Source of the DNA: Malacoraja senta
Lineage: Eukaryota
Assembly (NCBI GenBank): GCA_038087875.1
Contig: CM075994.1
Coordinates: 9,612,001-9,676,000, forward strand
Length of the DNA stretch: 64,000 nt
Reading direction: 5' to 3'
The position numbers and the translations under genes were made by a program. The notes beneath the pieces are model-generated. The model made no database searches. It was not told the origin of the DNA and saw nothing but the letters and a program-made list of their open reading frames with translations. Of the stretch, positions 15,190 through 28,480 are shown one piece after another (position 1 is the first letter of the stretch; each line of letters starts with the position of its first letter).

Positions 15190-15379
15190 CTTGGGACAAA
15201 CTGGTTGGCAGGCCGCTTGGGCCTGTACTCTGGGTGCACCATGAAGAGCATATGGGGGAAGCCCGTGCCAAAGTAGGCCCCGTCCGTGTGGTGGTGCCGC
15301 GATGACTTTGGCGTGTACACGTCCATGCACTTGGGGCAGTACAGCTTCACCATCGCCTCTCCAGGGATGTCAGACAGAC
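15190..15379 (-). CDS. CSNK2B: CK2 beta coding exon 5 ([64 protein letters not shown])
   Basis: 190 nt, CCCCAG acceptor after a long pyrimidine tract, AG|GTAAGG donor; CPKC zinc ligands. Confidence 0.98.
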
Positions 15380-15410
15380 CTGGGGAGGGCAAAGAGAGAG
15401 AGAGAGAGGA

Positions 15411-15452
<42 letters not shown>

Positions 15453-15462
15453 ATTAGTATTG

Positions 15463-15950
15463 ACTAGACCAAGTGTGGACCTGTTGGGTCCCCCAACTCC
15501 TTAAACGCAATATTCCACCACTCACCTATACTACGAGGGGATGATCAGTCAAAATGCGATCCTGGCCCGGCAAGCCTCCCCAACTGCACAGGCGCGGGGT
15601 CAAAATTGCAGTTAAAATGGCGGCGGGCCCAGCAAGCACCCCCCAAGTGCTCACGCGCGGGGTCAAAATGGCGGTTAAAATGACGGCGGGCCCGGCAACC
15701 CTCCCTCAAGAGCGCAGGCACTGCTGACCGGGCCGGCAAGTGGGAGCGCAGTTAAGGGTATAAAGCAAAGCATATTAAAGGAATAACTTGGGAATTACTT
15801 TGTCAACTGGAACGGAAGTTGCTACTGCACACCCTAGGCGAATGGTGAGTAAGGTGGGCCTAAAATTGTAGCGCTATCCTGTACCGTTTTGGCTATATTA
15901 CCGACATATACATACACATATATATATATACAAGATGAGAGTTTTAGTTA
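15463..15950. mobile_element. Possible non-autonomous Helitron/Helentron-like element
   Basis: Begins ACTAGACC with a subterminal hairpin GGACC..GGTCC, has internal ~60-bp repeats, and a (TA)n tract near the end. Confidence 0.35.
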
Positions 15951-15993
15951 TAAGGTACTTTCACAGGCTGCAAAGGACATGATGTCAAACCAA

Positions 15994-16825
15994 AGGGCCT
16001 GTCCCACTTGGGCAACATTTTCGGCGACAGCCTGAAAAGAGGATGTCGCGTCGTGGTCGGGTCGCGGCGTGATGCGGGGTAACGCATGTAGTGACGCGCG
16101 GTGTCTCCCTGTCGCCCCTGGATTTTTGGAATGTTCAAAATCCAGGGGCGACATCTGAGTGTCTCATCATGTCGTGCGCCCTGTCACACGCTGAGAGGGG
16201 ATGAACGTGGAGAGGAGATGAGAGGGGCAGGGAGGAGAGGGGAGGGGTGGAGAGGAGATGAAGGGAGAGGTGGGGAGAAAGGAAGGGCTGTGGGTAGGAG
16301 AGAATTTCGAACCTCCACCTTATCTAATTACAATTATCTAAGGTGCTGGATTTGAGGGGATGGGTGAGCAGAGGGGAGGTCATGAGAGGAGAGGTGAGGG
16401 GAGGAGAAGATGGGGAAGGGAGGGGGGAGAGGGGAGGAGGGGAATGGGAGGAGAGGAGGAGAGAGAGGAAAGGAGAGGAGAGGAGGGTAGGAGAAGAAAT
16501 GGGAAGTGCGTAGAGGGGAGGAGAGGAGTGGAAACGTTGAGGAGAGAAGGGAGGGGAGGAGAGGAGATGGGAGGAGAGGAGGGGGAGGAGAGGGAGATAG
16601 GAGTGGAGTGTAGAGAAGCGGGGTGTGGGGGGGGGGGGGGGAGAAGAGGGGAGGGTGGATGACGCCCGGTTAGGGTTAGGGACCACAGATGGGCTGTAAA
16701 ATATTCTTCCTTCAATGCATGGATTTTAAACATTAATGGACAGGCATTTTAACTTGACGGTTTTACGGGCGTCAGCCACTGACGCTCGGAGTCGCCGGAA
16801 AAAATGGCAAAGTGGGACAGGCCCT
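15994..16825. mobile_element. PIF/Harbinger-like MITE containing a purine-rich expansion (~16195-16660)
   Basis: Perfect TIR AGGGCCTGTCCCACTT / AAGTGGGACAGGCCCT; flanks CAA/TAA. Confidence 0.75.
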
Positions 16826-16847
16826 TAAGTGTTGTTGGTGCACCTAC

Positions 16848-16922
16848 CGATGGGAAGCATAGGCTGGTTCTCACAGTACACTCGAGGGCAGTAGCCAAAG
16901 TCCCTTGCTGATACTTCTCCAA
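16848..16922 (-). CDS. CSNK2B: CK2 beta coding exon 4 ([25 protein letters not shown]), with an apparent 1-bp deletion
   Basis: 75 nt seen, 76 expected. It reads CAA GGG ACT where CAA GGN GAC is needed (C run at 16902-16904). Zinc-finger CPRVYC present; TTTTCAG acceptor and GTAGG donor. Confidence 0.95.
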
Positions 16923-17924
16923 CTGAAAATGAACAAACGAGTCCCGTTAGACAGGGCAAAGACACAGCTTCCAGTAAATCCAATTAGGAGACCGATTCCA
17001 ATTTGAGTCTGAAGACCCACAACGTCACCCATTCCTTCTCTCCAGAGATGCTGCCTGTCCCGCTGAGTTACGCCAGCATTTTGTGCCTATAATCCAATTA
17101 AGATGGCGGGGCAACTACAACCTTTCCAACCAATACTACTTTCTTAGGCAAGGGTGTTATGAGTTACCATAACAAGACAGTGAGGCCCGGCGGCGCTGCG
17201 GTAGAGTCGCTGCCTTTCGGCGCCGGAGACCCGGGTTCAATCCCGACTACGGGCGCTGTCTGTGCGGAGTTTGTACATTTTCCCCGTGACCATGTGATAG
17301 TTCTCCGGGTGCTCCGGTTTCCCCCACACTCCAAAAGACGGACAGGCTGGTGGTATAATTGGCTTTGGTAAAATTTGTAAACTGTCCCTAGTGTGTAGGA
17401 TAGTGCTATAGAGTACGAGGTGATCGCTGGTCGGTGTGGACTCAGCTGTTTCCACGCTGCATCTCTAAAAGTAAATTAAACTATTTCCCCAGAGATTGAA
17501 GAAGCATTCAGACAGAATCAGCAGGAAAAATGTTCCCAATGTTGGGCGAGTCCAGATCCAGGGGCCACAGTCTTAGAACAAAAGGGAGGCCATTTAAGAC
17601 TGAGGTGAGAAAAAACGTTTTCACCCAGAGTTGTGAATTTGTGGAATTCTCTGCCACAGAGGGCAGTGGAGGCCGTCACTGAATGGATTTAAGAGAGAGT
17701 TAGATAGAGCTCTAGGGGCTGGAGGAATCAAGGGATATGGGGAGAAGGCAGGCACGGGTTATTGATTGGGGACAATCAGCCATGATCACAATGAATGGCG
17801 GGGTGCTGGTTCGAAGGGCCGAATGGCCTCCTCCTGCACCTATTTTCTATGTTTCTAGATATATGGATAGGGTAGGTTTAGAGGATTGTTAGCCAAACGC
17901 AGGCAGGTGGGATTAGTGTAGATG

Positions 17925-18585
17925 CATGCATGATATTCACCTCCAAAAAAAAAAAAAGGAAGTATTGGCCCGGGGGTCCAGGAGGCCGGTTAGGTCCCCC
18001 CCCCCCCAGTGGGGGTTCAGGGGGCTCCTGCATTTTCAATAAATTGAAAGTGATTCCCAAGCTTTCTGTTGGTAGTTTACATAACAGAAGCTTAGAATTG
18101 TTCTAACACATAACCAGTAAAATAACCCCCAAAAGATAAATATTTCATGAAACAAAGACTTCATAAAGCTAAAAAAACTTTACAAAAAATGTTACCTGAA
18201 ATGTCTCTTTGCCTACCTAGCACTGTGTGCAAACAGCACAGAAAAAATGATTTTGGCTGCAGCCATCTTCTGCTTCAGTGAGGGAAGCTGGTCGGTGATT
18301 GGCCGCAACGCCCCTCGGAGACTGCGTCTGATTGGCCGCCTAGTGACCGGCGCATTATGTGATTGGTCGCCCCGCCCTTGAAACAGCGGCTGATTGTACG
18401 TTAGGAGACCGATTTGCTGATTGAACGGGAATTTTGAGGGAAGCTGGTCGGTGATTGGACGCAACCCCCACCTTGGAGACAGCGGTTGGTTGGTTGGCCG
18501 ACAAACAATCGGGCGCAAAAATTTGAAAAAAAGGAAAACACAAAAAAATCGAATTCCAATTTAAATCGGAAGAATATCATGCCTG
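17925..18585. mobile_element. Non-autonomous DNA transposon (hAT-like CAG/CTG ends) with an internal CCAAT-box array
   Basis: TIR CATGCATGATATTC / GAATATCATGCCTG (13/14 match); no clear TSD. Confidence 0.55.
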
Positions 18586-18809
18586 AAAGATGGACACAAA
18601 GTGCTGGAGTACTGAGCGGGTCAGGCAGCAGCGACCCTGAAACGTCACCCATTCCTGCTCTCCAGAGATGTTACCTGTCCTGCTGAGTTTACTGCAGCTT
18701 TTCGCGTCTATCTTCACCTCTCTGGAGAACGCGGATGGGGCCCCATTCTTTGGAAAGTGAACCCAAGTGCCACACACGTGACCAGATGGCCTCACATGAG
18801 TAGTGCTTT

Positions 18810-21800
18810 TTGTTTAAATTCTTGTAAGAGATTCATCTTATTCGTCGCTATTTCCCTACCTGTGGAACTATAACGCATACGTCTGCTAAAGACATGGACA
18901 TTCCAGCTTTATAAAATTCACACAGTTTTTGTAAGATAAAACTGAGCTGTTTAATAGACTACAATATTAAATCCAATTGTAAGAATTGATCCTATTAACA
19001 ACCTAACAATTTAACAAGTTATCTATGTTAGATTAGAATAGTAACGGACGCTAATAAAAAATAAAAATAACGAACTAACAAAACTAATATGAATTTTTAC
19101 TAAATTCAAACCTTATCTATAACTGGGAGGAGGGGATGAGAAACGAGCACCTGGCTGAGGTCCAGGGGCGCGTCTCGTTAACCCCTTCAACCAACAGTTG
19201 ACTATTATTGAAGCTAAAATCATTTGTTTAATAATTAGTAGCTAAAATTGCGATATATATATGATATGTTATAATGTAATATATAGGGTAAATTTGCATT
19301 ATATATCTGAATGTGAGGCCCCGTTCTAATATTTATGATTAACCAAGAGAGCGGAGTTATTTGTTTAACTCCAACAATGGAAGTCGAAACAAGGTTTTCT
19401 CCCACCTACAGGTGGGCCACTTGTTACAGTGTCGACTATTTTAGACACTGTATTTTCAACTTTAAATTTTTTTTTATTAATATCACATAAATTCACATGT
19501 TTGTGTTTTGTGTTTAGTGATAAGCTTAAAAGGGATATGCCAACAAAACTTAGAAATTCAAAGGTTCCCCCAATAACCAAAGACCTGGGATATGGACGCA
19601 CCACAAGATTTAAAGGTACTATAATTATTCAAAATGCAAGATGCTAAACAAAAGAACCTAGGAGTCTCATTCTGTTGTTGGAATATAAGAGGTATTAACG
19701 AACCTATTAAACGGGTAAGATACTAGCTCAGCTGAAACTGTACAACTCTGACATTATCTTCTTACAAGAAACTCATCTAAAATCTCATGATCAAGCTAGG
19801 TTGAGGGCGAAATGGATAGGTCAAACATACCATTCTTCATTTACTTCGAAATCTAGAGGTACATCAATCATTATAAGAAAAGGTATACCATTCAAAAGCA
19901 AAGAATACCATAACAGACATTGAAGGGAGATATTTAATAGTTAATGGAGAAATTCATGATACTCCAATTACTATGGTAAATATATACGTGCCTAACTTTG
20001 ACAACCCTTATTTTTTCAATAAAATTCTGAACATAATCGCAGAGTTTAATTATCAAAATGTTATAATAGGAGGAGACTTTAACTGTGTTTTAGATCCGTA
20101 TTTAGACAAATCAAGCCAAAAACAGAGAGGGAATACGAAATCTAAACCGGTGAATTTTTAAATACTTATATAAACAATACTAATATAGCAGATGTTTGGA
20201 GAATTGCTAATCCAACTGGCAGGGAATACTCGTTTTATTCAATGGTACACAAAACATACTCACGTATAGATTATTTCCTGGTGGACACAAAATTAATCCC
20301 TCATACTTTGAACCCAACATACCATACAAATTCGATTTCAGACCATTCACCACTAACTTTCTTTTTAAAACTGGAAGGAATGTCTAAGAATAAACCGTTT
20401 TGGAGATTTAATTCTCAAATCCTAAAAGATCCACAAGCGAGTATATATTTAAAAGAACAAATGGACGCCTTTTTTGAAATAAATGACACTCCAGATATAT
20501 CGCATACTGTATTATGGGAATCTTTTAAAGCATACATTAGAGGTATTATAATTTCATATCAAGCTTTTCAAAATAAAAAGAATAAGAATGAACAAAGACA
20601 GTTAGAAGAACTTATTAGACAAATGGATATAGATAATGCTAAAGATCCATCAATAGATAAACATAATAAAATAATAATTTTGAAATTTAAATTAAATAAA
20701 CTATTATCAGCCAAACTTATAAGACTTTTTCAAATTACAAAACAAGAGCACTTTGAATTTGGGGATAAACCGCATAAACTTTTGGCTCGCCAGCTAAAAA
20801 AACGAGAAAAAGAACATACGATCCCAAAGATTAAATCAAGATAGAGGGGAATTATTAACCATACCGAAGGATATTAATAAAAGATTTGCGCAATTTTATG
20901 AGAATTTGTATACATCTAAAACGGACCAAACTGACTCCAATAAAATTACAGAGTTTTTGGAAATTGTAATCTTCCAAAGTTAGAGTTGAAGGAACAAGAT
21001 GAATTGGTGCACAAATTTCAATCAAGGAATTAGAAGACACAATAAACTCATTAAAGAATGGAAAAACTCCAGGTCCTGATGGATTTACTAATGAATTTTT
21101 ATAAAAGCTTCTATGACAAAATTATACCACGATTACAAAAAATGTACCAATACGCTTTTAAAAAACAAATATTACCTGATACACTAGCTGAATCAACGAT
21201 CACACTAATACTTAAAAAAGACAAAGATATAGAAGAACCGTGTTCATATAGAGCTATAGCATTGTTAAATACAGATCAAAAAATATTAGCGAAAACATTA
21301 GCTAGAAGATTAAGTAAAAATATATTAGTAAACTAATAAACCCAGATCAGACGGGGTTTATCCCTAAAAGATATTCATCTAATAATACGAGACGTCTACT
21401 CAATATAATGCACTCACATAAATCTGAAGAACAAGAATTGTCAAATTATTTCGTTGGATGCTGAAAAAGCATTTGACAAAGTAGAATGGAATTATATGGA
21501 TAAAGTATTACAAAAATTCCAACTGGGAGAGAATTTTATTTTATGGATTAAACTATTATATAATAAACCTACAGCTAGAATACTAACTAATAACATATTA
21601 TCCTCGAAATTCCAACTATCAAGGGGAAATAGACAAGGATGCTCATTATCACCACAGTTGTTTGCTCTCATAATTGAACCGTTAGCAGAAAAAATTAGAA
21701 CACATCCAGATATCCATGGGTATAATACTAAATATTCAAATAATAAAATATCTTTATACGCGGATGATATATTATTGTACATTACAAAACCTCAAATTTA

Positions 21801-23253
21801 CTATACCAAATATATTAAATTTAATTGAGGACTTTGGATCTTTTTCTGGATACAGAATAAATTGGAATAAAAGTGAAATTATGTCAAAAAACCGAAAGAC
21901 TCAAAACATCTTTTAAAATCCCTTTTAAAATAGCTACAGAAAAATTTAAATACTTGGGAATCGAAATCACTAGAACATATCAAGGCATGTTTAAAGCCAA
22001 ATTTTGATCCTTTTACTTAATAAATTAAATACACTAATTAAATTTTGGAAAACGCTCCCGATGTCTTTTAATAGGCCGAATAAATGCAATAAAAATGATC
22101 TTCTTACCACAAATTTTATACCTATTTCAATTGATTCCCTATATACCTACCAAATAAGTTTTTTTTTAAACTGGATTCAGACATTACTAATTTTATATGG
22201 GACTATAAATCACATAGAATACAAAGAACACACTTGAACAAAGCTAAAGTATTAGGGGGCTTAGCATTCCCTAACTTCATGTATTATTATTGGTCAGTAA
22301 ATATTAAAAATATGATTCAACTGATGGACAACTCTGCCCAGCAAGTGGACTGGATTGTAATGGAGGGAGAGGACTGCTCCTCTGGAAACATTGGAGCGAT
22401 CCTTTCTCTCACCAATGAAACTGAATAACATAAATTATAGCAAAAACCCAATTATACATAGTACAATCAGAAACTTGGAAACAAATAAAACAAAATTTAA
22501 AATTAAGAAATTTATCGCTTTTATCTCCCGTAATTAATAACCCTTCATTTACAAAATTAATTTAAATTAAACTGATACCCAAAGCAGAATGGATTATCTT
22601 CGGAACAACGGAAGATAGTCCAGAACTAAATGTGTTCCAAAAGAAATTAATAGACTATGGGTTAATAACTGGAAAAAAGTTAATCCTAAAATTCTGGAAA
22701 AACGCTCCAATACCAACTATAAACATGTGGATTTCAAATATGTTCGAAACATTACACCTAGAAGAGATAAGACTCCTCCTGGCAGGTAAACCAGATCACT
22801 TCCACCTGACGTGGTCTGCATTTATAGAATTATTACAAGTATAGGGTGCAAAAGTACAAAAAAAAACTGTGGTCAGGTAAGTGGGGGATGAAATCTGGAG
22901 AGTTGGTATATCCCATTTGCGTGATGCTTACAAAAAATAATTTGTTTTTCTCTTTTCCCTCTTTCTCTTTTTTCTACTTTTTTAGGGTCTATTTCTTAAC
23001 TCTTTCTTTTTGTTTTTAATTTCTTTCTTATAGGGTCTTTGTTTTTTGTTTTTTTTGTTGTCACGTTTTTTACACTTTCACTTTTTTCCTTCACTTTCTT
23101 CTATCTCTCAATCTCATCCTTTCCCCTTTATTAGTGTAAAAAATAAACGGAGTACATTAATTGTAATAAGATATATGTGACGAGTACTAATGTAATGGTT
23201 GTAATGTAATGTACTTCTAATAAATAAAAATTAAAAAATAAATAAAAATAAAA
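18810..23253 (+). mobile_element. L1/Tx1-clade LINE, AT-rich, frameshifted (5' boundary approximate)
   Basis: APE motifs WNIRG, IIGGDFN, YSRIDYF, ISDH; RT motifs DAEKAFD, RQGCSLSP, LYADD; AATAAA and A-rich tail at 23219-23253. Confidence 0.9.
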
Positions 23254-23537
23254 CGCTTGCATGAGTCCGCACACGGCGACCAGGGCTGGTTGACCTCTGA
23301 CACCTAAACAAACATGTCAGCGTAACATGTAAAAATTTCACGCGGATAAACTTCGGAAAAATATATGAATCATCGATACAGTGCGAAACAATATACCTGT
23401 AATCTGCTTTCCAGAATTAGAAGAGATGTTTCCCACTATTTTGTTTGGGTCACACACGTGACCGAGAATGTGGGGGGGGGGGGGGGGGGGGGGGGGCCCT
23501 ATTCTGTTCCGAGAACCCCGCAGCGAGGCAGACCTAC

Positions 23538-23653
23538 CATCTGGGCGATCCCTCGGTTGGTGAGAATGTAACGGGCGTGGATCAGTCCGTACAGCATCTC
23601 GGCTGCCTGCTCGATCAGGTCACTCTGGTTGGGGTTATCCTCCAGCTCCTCAT
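23538..23653 (-). CDS. CSNK2B: CK2 beta coding exon 3 ([39 protein letters not shown])
   Basis: 116 nt, CAG/GTAGG boundaries; acidic loop and the HARYILT motif. Confidence 0.97.
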
Positions 23654-23840
23654 CTGAGCAGAAGGGGGAAAACATTAGGCACTTCGCATATGTCCATCCA
23701 CATTCACACAACAGCAGACCGACACGATGGATTGATACCACTTTAACTTCATGGTTTCCTGTATCTTGTGCCGCTATGGCTGTTGGCAGATCAATCTCCC
23801 TCCTGGATGAATAAAGATCTCTGGTGTCGTGTAAGAATAA

Positions 23841-24058
23841 AGCGCATGTCCCACTTTCACGACCCTAATTCACGACCTTTTTTACTCGTGGACATTTTTC
23901 ATCATGTTGAAAAAAACGCCTGACCTACTTGATGCCACGAGTACCTACGACTAGCATCACGACCTGCTACGACCTACCTACGACCCTCGTGACGCCCATG
24001 CTGCGAGTATGAGTCGAGGGCAAACTCGGCAGAGGTCGTGAAGTAGTGGACAGGCCCT
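23841..24058. mobile_element. PIF/Harbinger-like MITE
   Basis: Degenerate AGGGCCTGTCCCACT TIRs, TAA/TAA TSD. Confidence 0.7.
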
Positions 24059-24349
24059 TAAGGGGTAGGCCATTTCGGACTGAAGACTTTTTCCATCCAG
24101 AGGTTGTGAATCTTGTGGAATTCTCTGCCACAAAAGGCAGTGGAGGCCGATTCACTGGATGTATTCAAGGGAGAGTTAGATGTAGCTCTTGGGACTAACG
24201 GAATCGAGGGATGGGGAGAAGGCAGGAACGGGGTACTGATTGGGATGATCAGCCATGATCACATTTGATTGGCGGTGCTGGCTCGAAGGGCCGAATGGCC
24301 GACTCTGCACCTGCTGTCTATTGTCTAATCAGTGGATGATCATCCACAA

Positions 24350-24720
24350 TCTGTGACTCCGGTTTTCAACACACCAGGAGCCAGCTGGGGACAGACTTCA
24401 AGCCTCTGTTGCACCAAACACCACAGCTCCACCCGGCACGGACCTGCCCCGCAAAGAGTGGGTCGCCCTGAACCGGCTCCGTACTGGGGTCGGCCGGTTC
24501 AGCGCCAACATGCATCGCTGGGGGCTGCGTCATCAGCAGCCTGCGTGTGTGGAGCGGACCAGCAGACAGCGCAGCACCTCATTTTCTACTGGGCTGTGCT
24601 CCACTCCCCCCCCCCCCCGGTGGAGGGGTAGACCTCACGGCCCCTCGACACAGCACATTGAACTCGCTACAGCCGCCTGAGGCCGTTACATAACCTCTGC
24701 TGCCTCAAACACAAGAAGAA
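24350..24720 (+). mobile_element. 3' fragment of a Vingi/Ingi- or RTEX-like LINE with a (GAA)n tail
   Basis: WVALNRLRTGVGRF...CVCGADQQTAQHL zinc-knuckle C-terminus; ends CACAAGAAGAA. Confidence 0.65.
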
Positions 24721-26220
24721 GCCATGATTCACATTGAATGGCGGTGCTGGCTCGAAGGGCCGAATGGCCTATTCCTGCACCTATTGTCTATTGACAGATA
24801 TCTACTTGGTCCTTGCATCCTTTCCACCCTTCAGATACACAGCAGTAAGATAGAAACATAGAAAATAGGTGCAATAGACAATAGACGCAGGAGTAGGCCA
24901 TTCGGCCCTTCGAGCATTCAATGTGATCATGGCTGATCATCCACAATCAGTACCCCTTCCCTGCCTTCTCCCCATATCCCCTGACTCCGCTATTTTTAAG
25001 AGACCTATCTAGCTCTCTCTTGAAAGCGTCAGAGAACCGGCCTCCACCGCCCACTCTGAGGCAGAGGAATTCCCCAGACTCACCACTCTCTGTGAGAAAA
25101 AGTGTTTCCTCGTCTCCGTTCTAGGCCCATTCTAGAGTAGGCCATTACACATCAAATATGATCATGGCTGATCATCCCATCAGTACCCCGTTCCTGCTTT
25201 CTCGCCATATCCCTGGATTCCGTTAGCCCCGAGCGCTAATTCTAACTCTACCTTGAAAACTGCCTTCTGTGGATGAGAATTCCACAGATTCACAACTCTC
25301 TGGGTGAAAACGTTTTTCCACATCTCAGTCCTAAATGGCCTTAGTCTATACGGTAGCACTTTATTCATCCCCAGGAGGGAAATTGATCTGCCAACCAGCC
25401 ATAAAAACACTAGATACATGAAACATGGAACTAAAGTGACGAGTGGAAAATGGTTGGTGATGCGCAAAGTGCATGGGAAGGAACTGTAGACGCTGGTTTA
25501 AATCGTAGACACAAAATGCTGGAGTAACTCAGCGAGACAGGCAGCATCTCTGGAGAGAAGGAACGGGTGACATTTCGGGTCGAGACCCTTCATCGGTCTG
25601 AAGAAGTGGTCTCGACCCGAAACGCCACCCATACCTTCTCTCCAGAGATGCTGCCTGTCCCGCTGAGTCCCTCCAGAATTTTGTGTCGACCTTCGGTGTA
25701 AACCAGCATCTGCAGTTCCTTCCCACTCACGCCTTATCTGACACCTATTTTATCTCCTTTGCATCTCCAATCTGTGTGACCATCCCCACCCACCCTCACC
25801 TGTAACCCTCGTGTCCCCGCTCTCTCCGTCCCTCCCCCTACCCTAGTCGCCCTGCTGGTTTCACTGCCATCCTGCTGGGTGTCACTGTCTGTATCCACTA
25901 TTATCACCTCCTCCACAGCCAACAATGGACCATTGTGGGGCCCTCCCCCCGTTCCTTGATCATCGTTCCCAGCTTTGATTTGTTCTTTTAAATTGGTTCT
26001 TTGTGTCTTTTCATACCTCTACTCCGATTCTCGGCCTGAAGAAGGGTCTCGACCCGAAACCCCACCACCTCCTTCTCTCCAGAGATGCTGCCCGACCCGC
26101 TGAGTTACTCCAGCCTTCTGAACCTTCTGAATTTTGTAGTCGGCAGGGCAATACTATGCATATCGCCAACTTGGACAATTTTTACATTTTTATCAAGCCA
26201 ATTAACCTACAAACCTGTAA

Positions 26221-26528
26221 AGGGCCCGTCCCACTATGCGAGTTTACCCAAGAGCTCTCCCGAGTTTAAAAAAAAAATCAAACATCGTGTTAAGTACGTA
26301 GAAATGAACGTAGCGGGTACGTCGGAGCTCGGAACGTCTCTTAGCGGCTGGTAACGCTAACAGCAGGTACTCGGGAAACGAGGTAAGCTCGTGAAGTTTT
26401 TCAACATGTTTAAAAATGTCCACGAGAGCCCCGAGTACCTACTACCATATTACCGTAATTCTCCGAGTTAAAATCAGGGGAAACTTGGGAGAACTCTTGA
26501 ATTACCTCGTACAGTGGGACAAGGCCCT
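26221..26528. mobile_element. PIF/Harbinger-like MITE inserted in a V-SINE
   Basis: TIRs AGGGCCCGTCCCACT / AGTGGGACAAGGCCCT, TAA/TAA TSD. Confidence 0.75.
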
Positions 26529-27659
26529 TAAGTCTTTGGAGTGTGGGAGGAAACCGAATCTCGGAGAACCACGCAGATCACGGGAGAAACGTACGAACTC
26601 CGTACAGACAGCACCCGTAGTCGGGATCGAACCCGGGTCTCTGGTGCTGCATTTTGCTGCAAGGCAGCAACTCTACTGCTGCGCCACCGTGATAGCACTT
26701 TGTGTCTATTTTCGGTGTAAACCAGCATACGCAGTTCCTTCCGACACAATCGCAATTAAATGTCAGCTGTTCAGCCACGGACACCTCGCCCAAATGCAGG
26801 GATATTCCTGGTGCACTGATTCACCGACCAGAAGCTCCTTTGCCCTGACTGTCCCCAAGTGGTGAAAGTTTTGCCGCGCAAAGCCGCACAATTTTGGCCC
26901 AGTGGGCATATGCAAGGCAGATGCAGTTTAATGTGGATAAATGTGAAGTTGTCCACTTCGGTGGCAAAAAACAGGAAGGCAGATTATTATCTGAATGGTG
27001 TCAAGTTGGGAAAAGGGGAAGTACAACGGGATCTGGGTGGTCCTTGTTCAGGTGGTCCTTGTTCATCACTCACTGAAAGTAAGCATGCAGGTTACAGCAG
27101 GCAGTGAGGAAAGCGAGGAAGTTGGCCTTCATAACACGAGGAGTTGAGTATAGGAGCAAAGAGGTCCTTCTGCAGTTGTACAGGGCCCTAGTGAGACCAC
27201 ACCTGGAGTATTGTATGCAGTTTTGGTCTCCAAATTTGGACATTCTTGCTATTGAGGGAGTGCAGCGTAGGTTCACAAGGTTAATTCCCAGGATGGCGGG
27301 ACTGTCATATGTTGAAAGAATGGAGCAACTGGGCTTGTATACACTGGAATTTAGAAGGATGAGAGGGGATCTTATTGAAACATAAGATTAAGACTAGAGG
27401 CAGGAAACATGTTCCCGATGTTGGGAGAGTCCAGAAACCAGGGGGCCACGGTTTAAGAACAAGGGGTAAGCCATTTAGAACGGAGATGAGGAAAAAACGT
27501 CTTCACACAGAGAGTTGCAAGTCTGTGGAATTCCCTGCCTCAGAAGGCGGTGGAGGCCAATTCTCTGGATGCTTTCAAGAGAGAGTTAGATAGATCTCTT
27601 AAAGATAGCGTAGTCAGGGGATATGGGGAGAAGGCAAAAACGGGATACGAATTGTGGAT

Positions 27660-27791
27660 CTTCTTCTTCTTGTGTATGGCGTGCACGTGTAGGACAACTT
27701 GTTCTATTTGATCTTATTTGATTGTGCATGCCGGGTTGATTGCATTCGTCGAAACAGGGCGGACCACGTGAAGGTTGCAATCACCCACCCG
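27660..27791 (-). mobile_element. Short non-autonomous retroelement headed by an HDV-like ribozyme, (GAA)n tail
   Basis: TSD ATTGTGGAT at 27651-27659 and 27793-27801; inserted in a CR1 3' end. Confidence 0.8.
27738..27791 (-). ncRNA. Minimal HDV/CPEB3-like self-cleaving ribozyme (family A, copy 1)
   Basis: P1 GGGGTGG/CCGCCCT (G1-U wobble), P2 GATTGCA/TGCAATC, P3 ACC/GGT, L3 TTCACGT, then GT-TTCG-A-CGAA. Confidence 0.8.
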
Positions 27792-28184
27792 ATTGTGGAT
27801 GATCAGCCATGATCACATTGAATGGCGGTGGTGGCTCGAAGGGCCGAATGGCCTACTCCTGCACCTATTGTCTAGGTGCAGGACTCCTGCACCTATTGTA
27901 CTTAGTTCAGTTCCAAACAGGCGATCTCATGCAGATGACTGTCAATGTGGGATATGGAAAATATTACACTTGAGCAAGTTCAACAATGTTTGTTTATACA
28001 CATCGCCATCTTCTGGTACAAAAGCACCACTGCAGATTTTTCACCCTCTTCCGAAACAGCTCTGCACACACTAAATGTTATTCCCTTTTCATGCATCTGC
28101 ACTCTGTAAACGGCTATATTGTAGTCATGTGCTGTATTTCCGCTGACTGGATCGCACCGAACAAAAGCTCTTCACTGCACCCCG

Positions 28185-28480
28185 GCCACGGTGGCGCAGC
28201 GGTGGAGTTGCTGCCTCACAGCGAATGCAGCGCCGGAGACCCGGGTTCCACCCCGACTACGGGTGCTGTCTGTACGGAGTTTGTACCTTCTCCCCGTGAC
28301 CTGCGTGGGAATTTTCTCCGAGATCTTCTGTTTCATCCCACACTCCAAAGACGTGCAGGTATGTAGGTTAATTGGCTTGGTGTATGTGTAAATTGTCCCT
28401 GGTGTGTGTAGGATGGTGTTAGTGTGCGGGGATCGCTGGTCGGTGCAGACTGTTTCCACGCTGTATCTCTAACCTAAAAA
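28185..28480 (+). mobile_element. tRNA-derived V-SINE (HE1-like). Other copies near 1630, 3385, 8780, 9870, 11600, 17185, 26170, 32360, 33625, 36728, 41830, 43255, 57628
   Basis: A box GGTGGCGCAGCGG, B-box-like GGGTTCCACCCC, V-domain GTACGGAGTTTGTACCTTCTCCCCGTG, tail CTGTATCTCTAA. Confidence 0.85.

Noticed and set aside
14618..15330. Long overlapping ORFs on both strands (also 32662-33584, 50246-50846, 53189-53935)
   Set aside because: Artefacts of stop-free minisatellites.
28185..28260. tRNA-like A/B boxes
   Set aside because: These are V-SINE heads, not tRNA genes.
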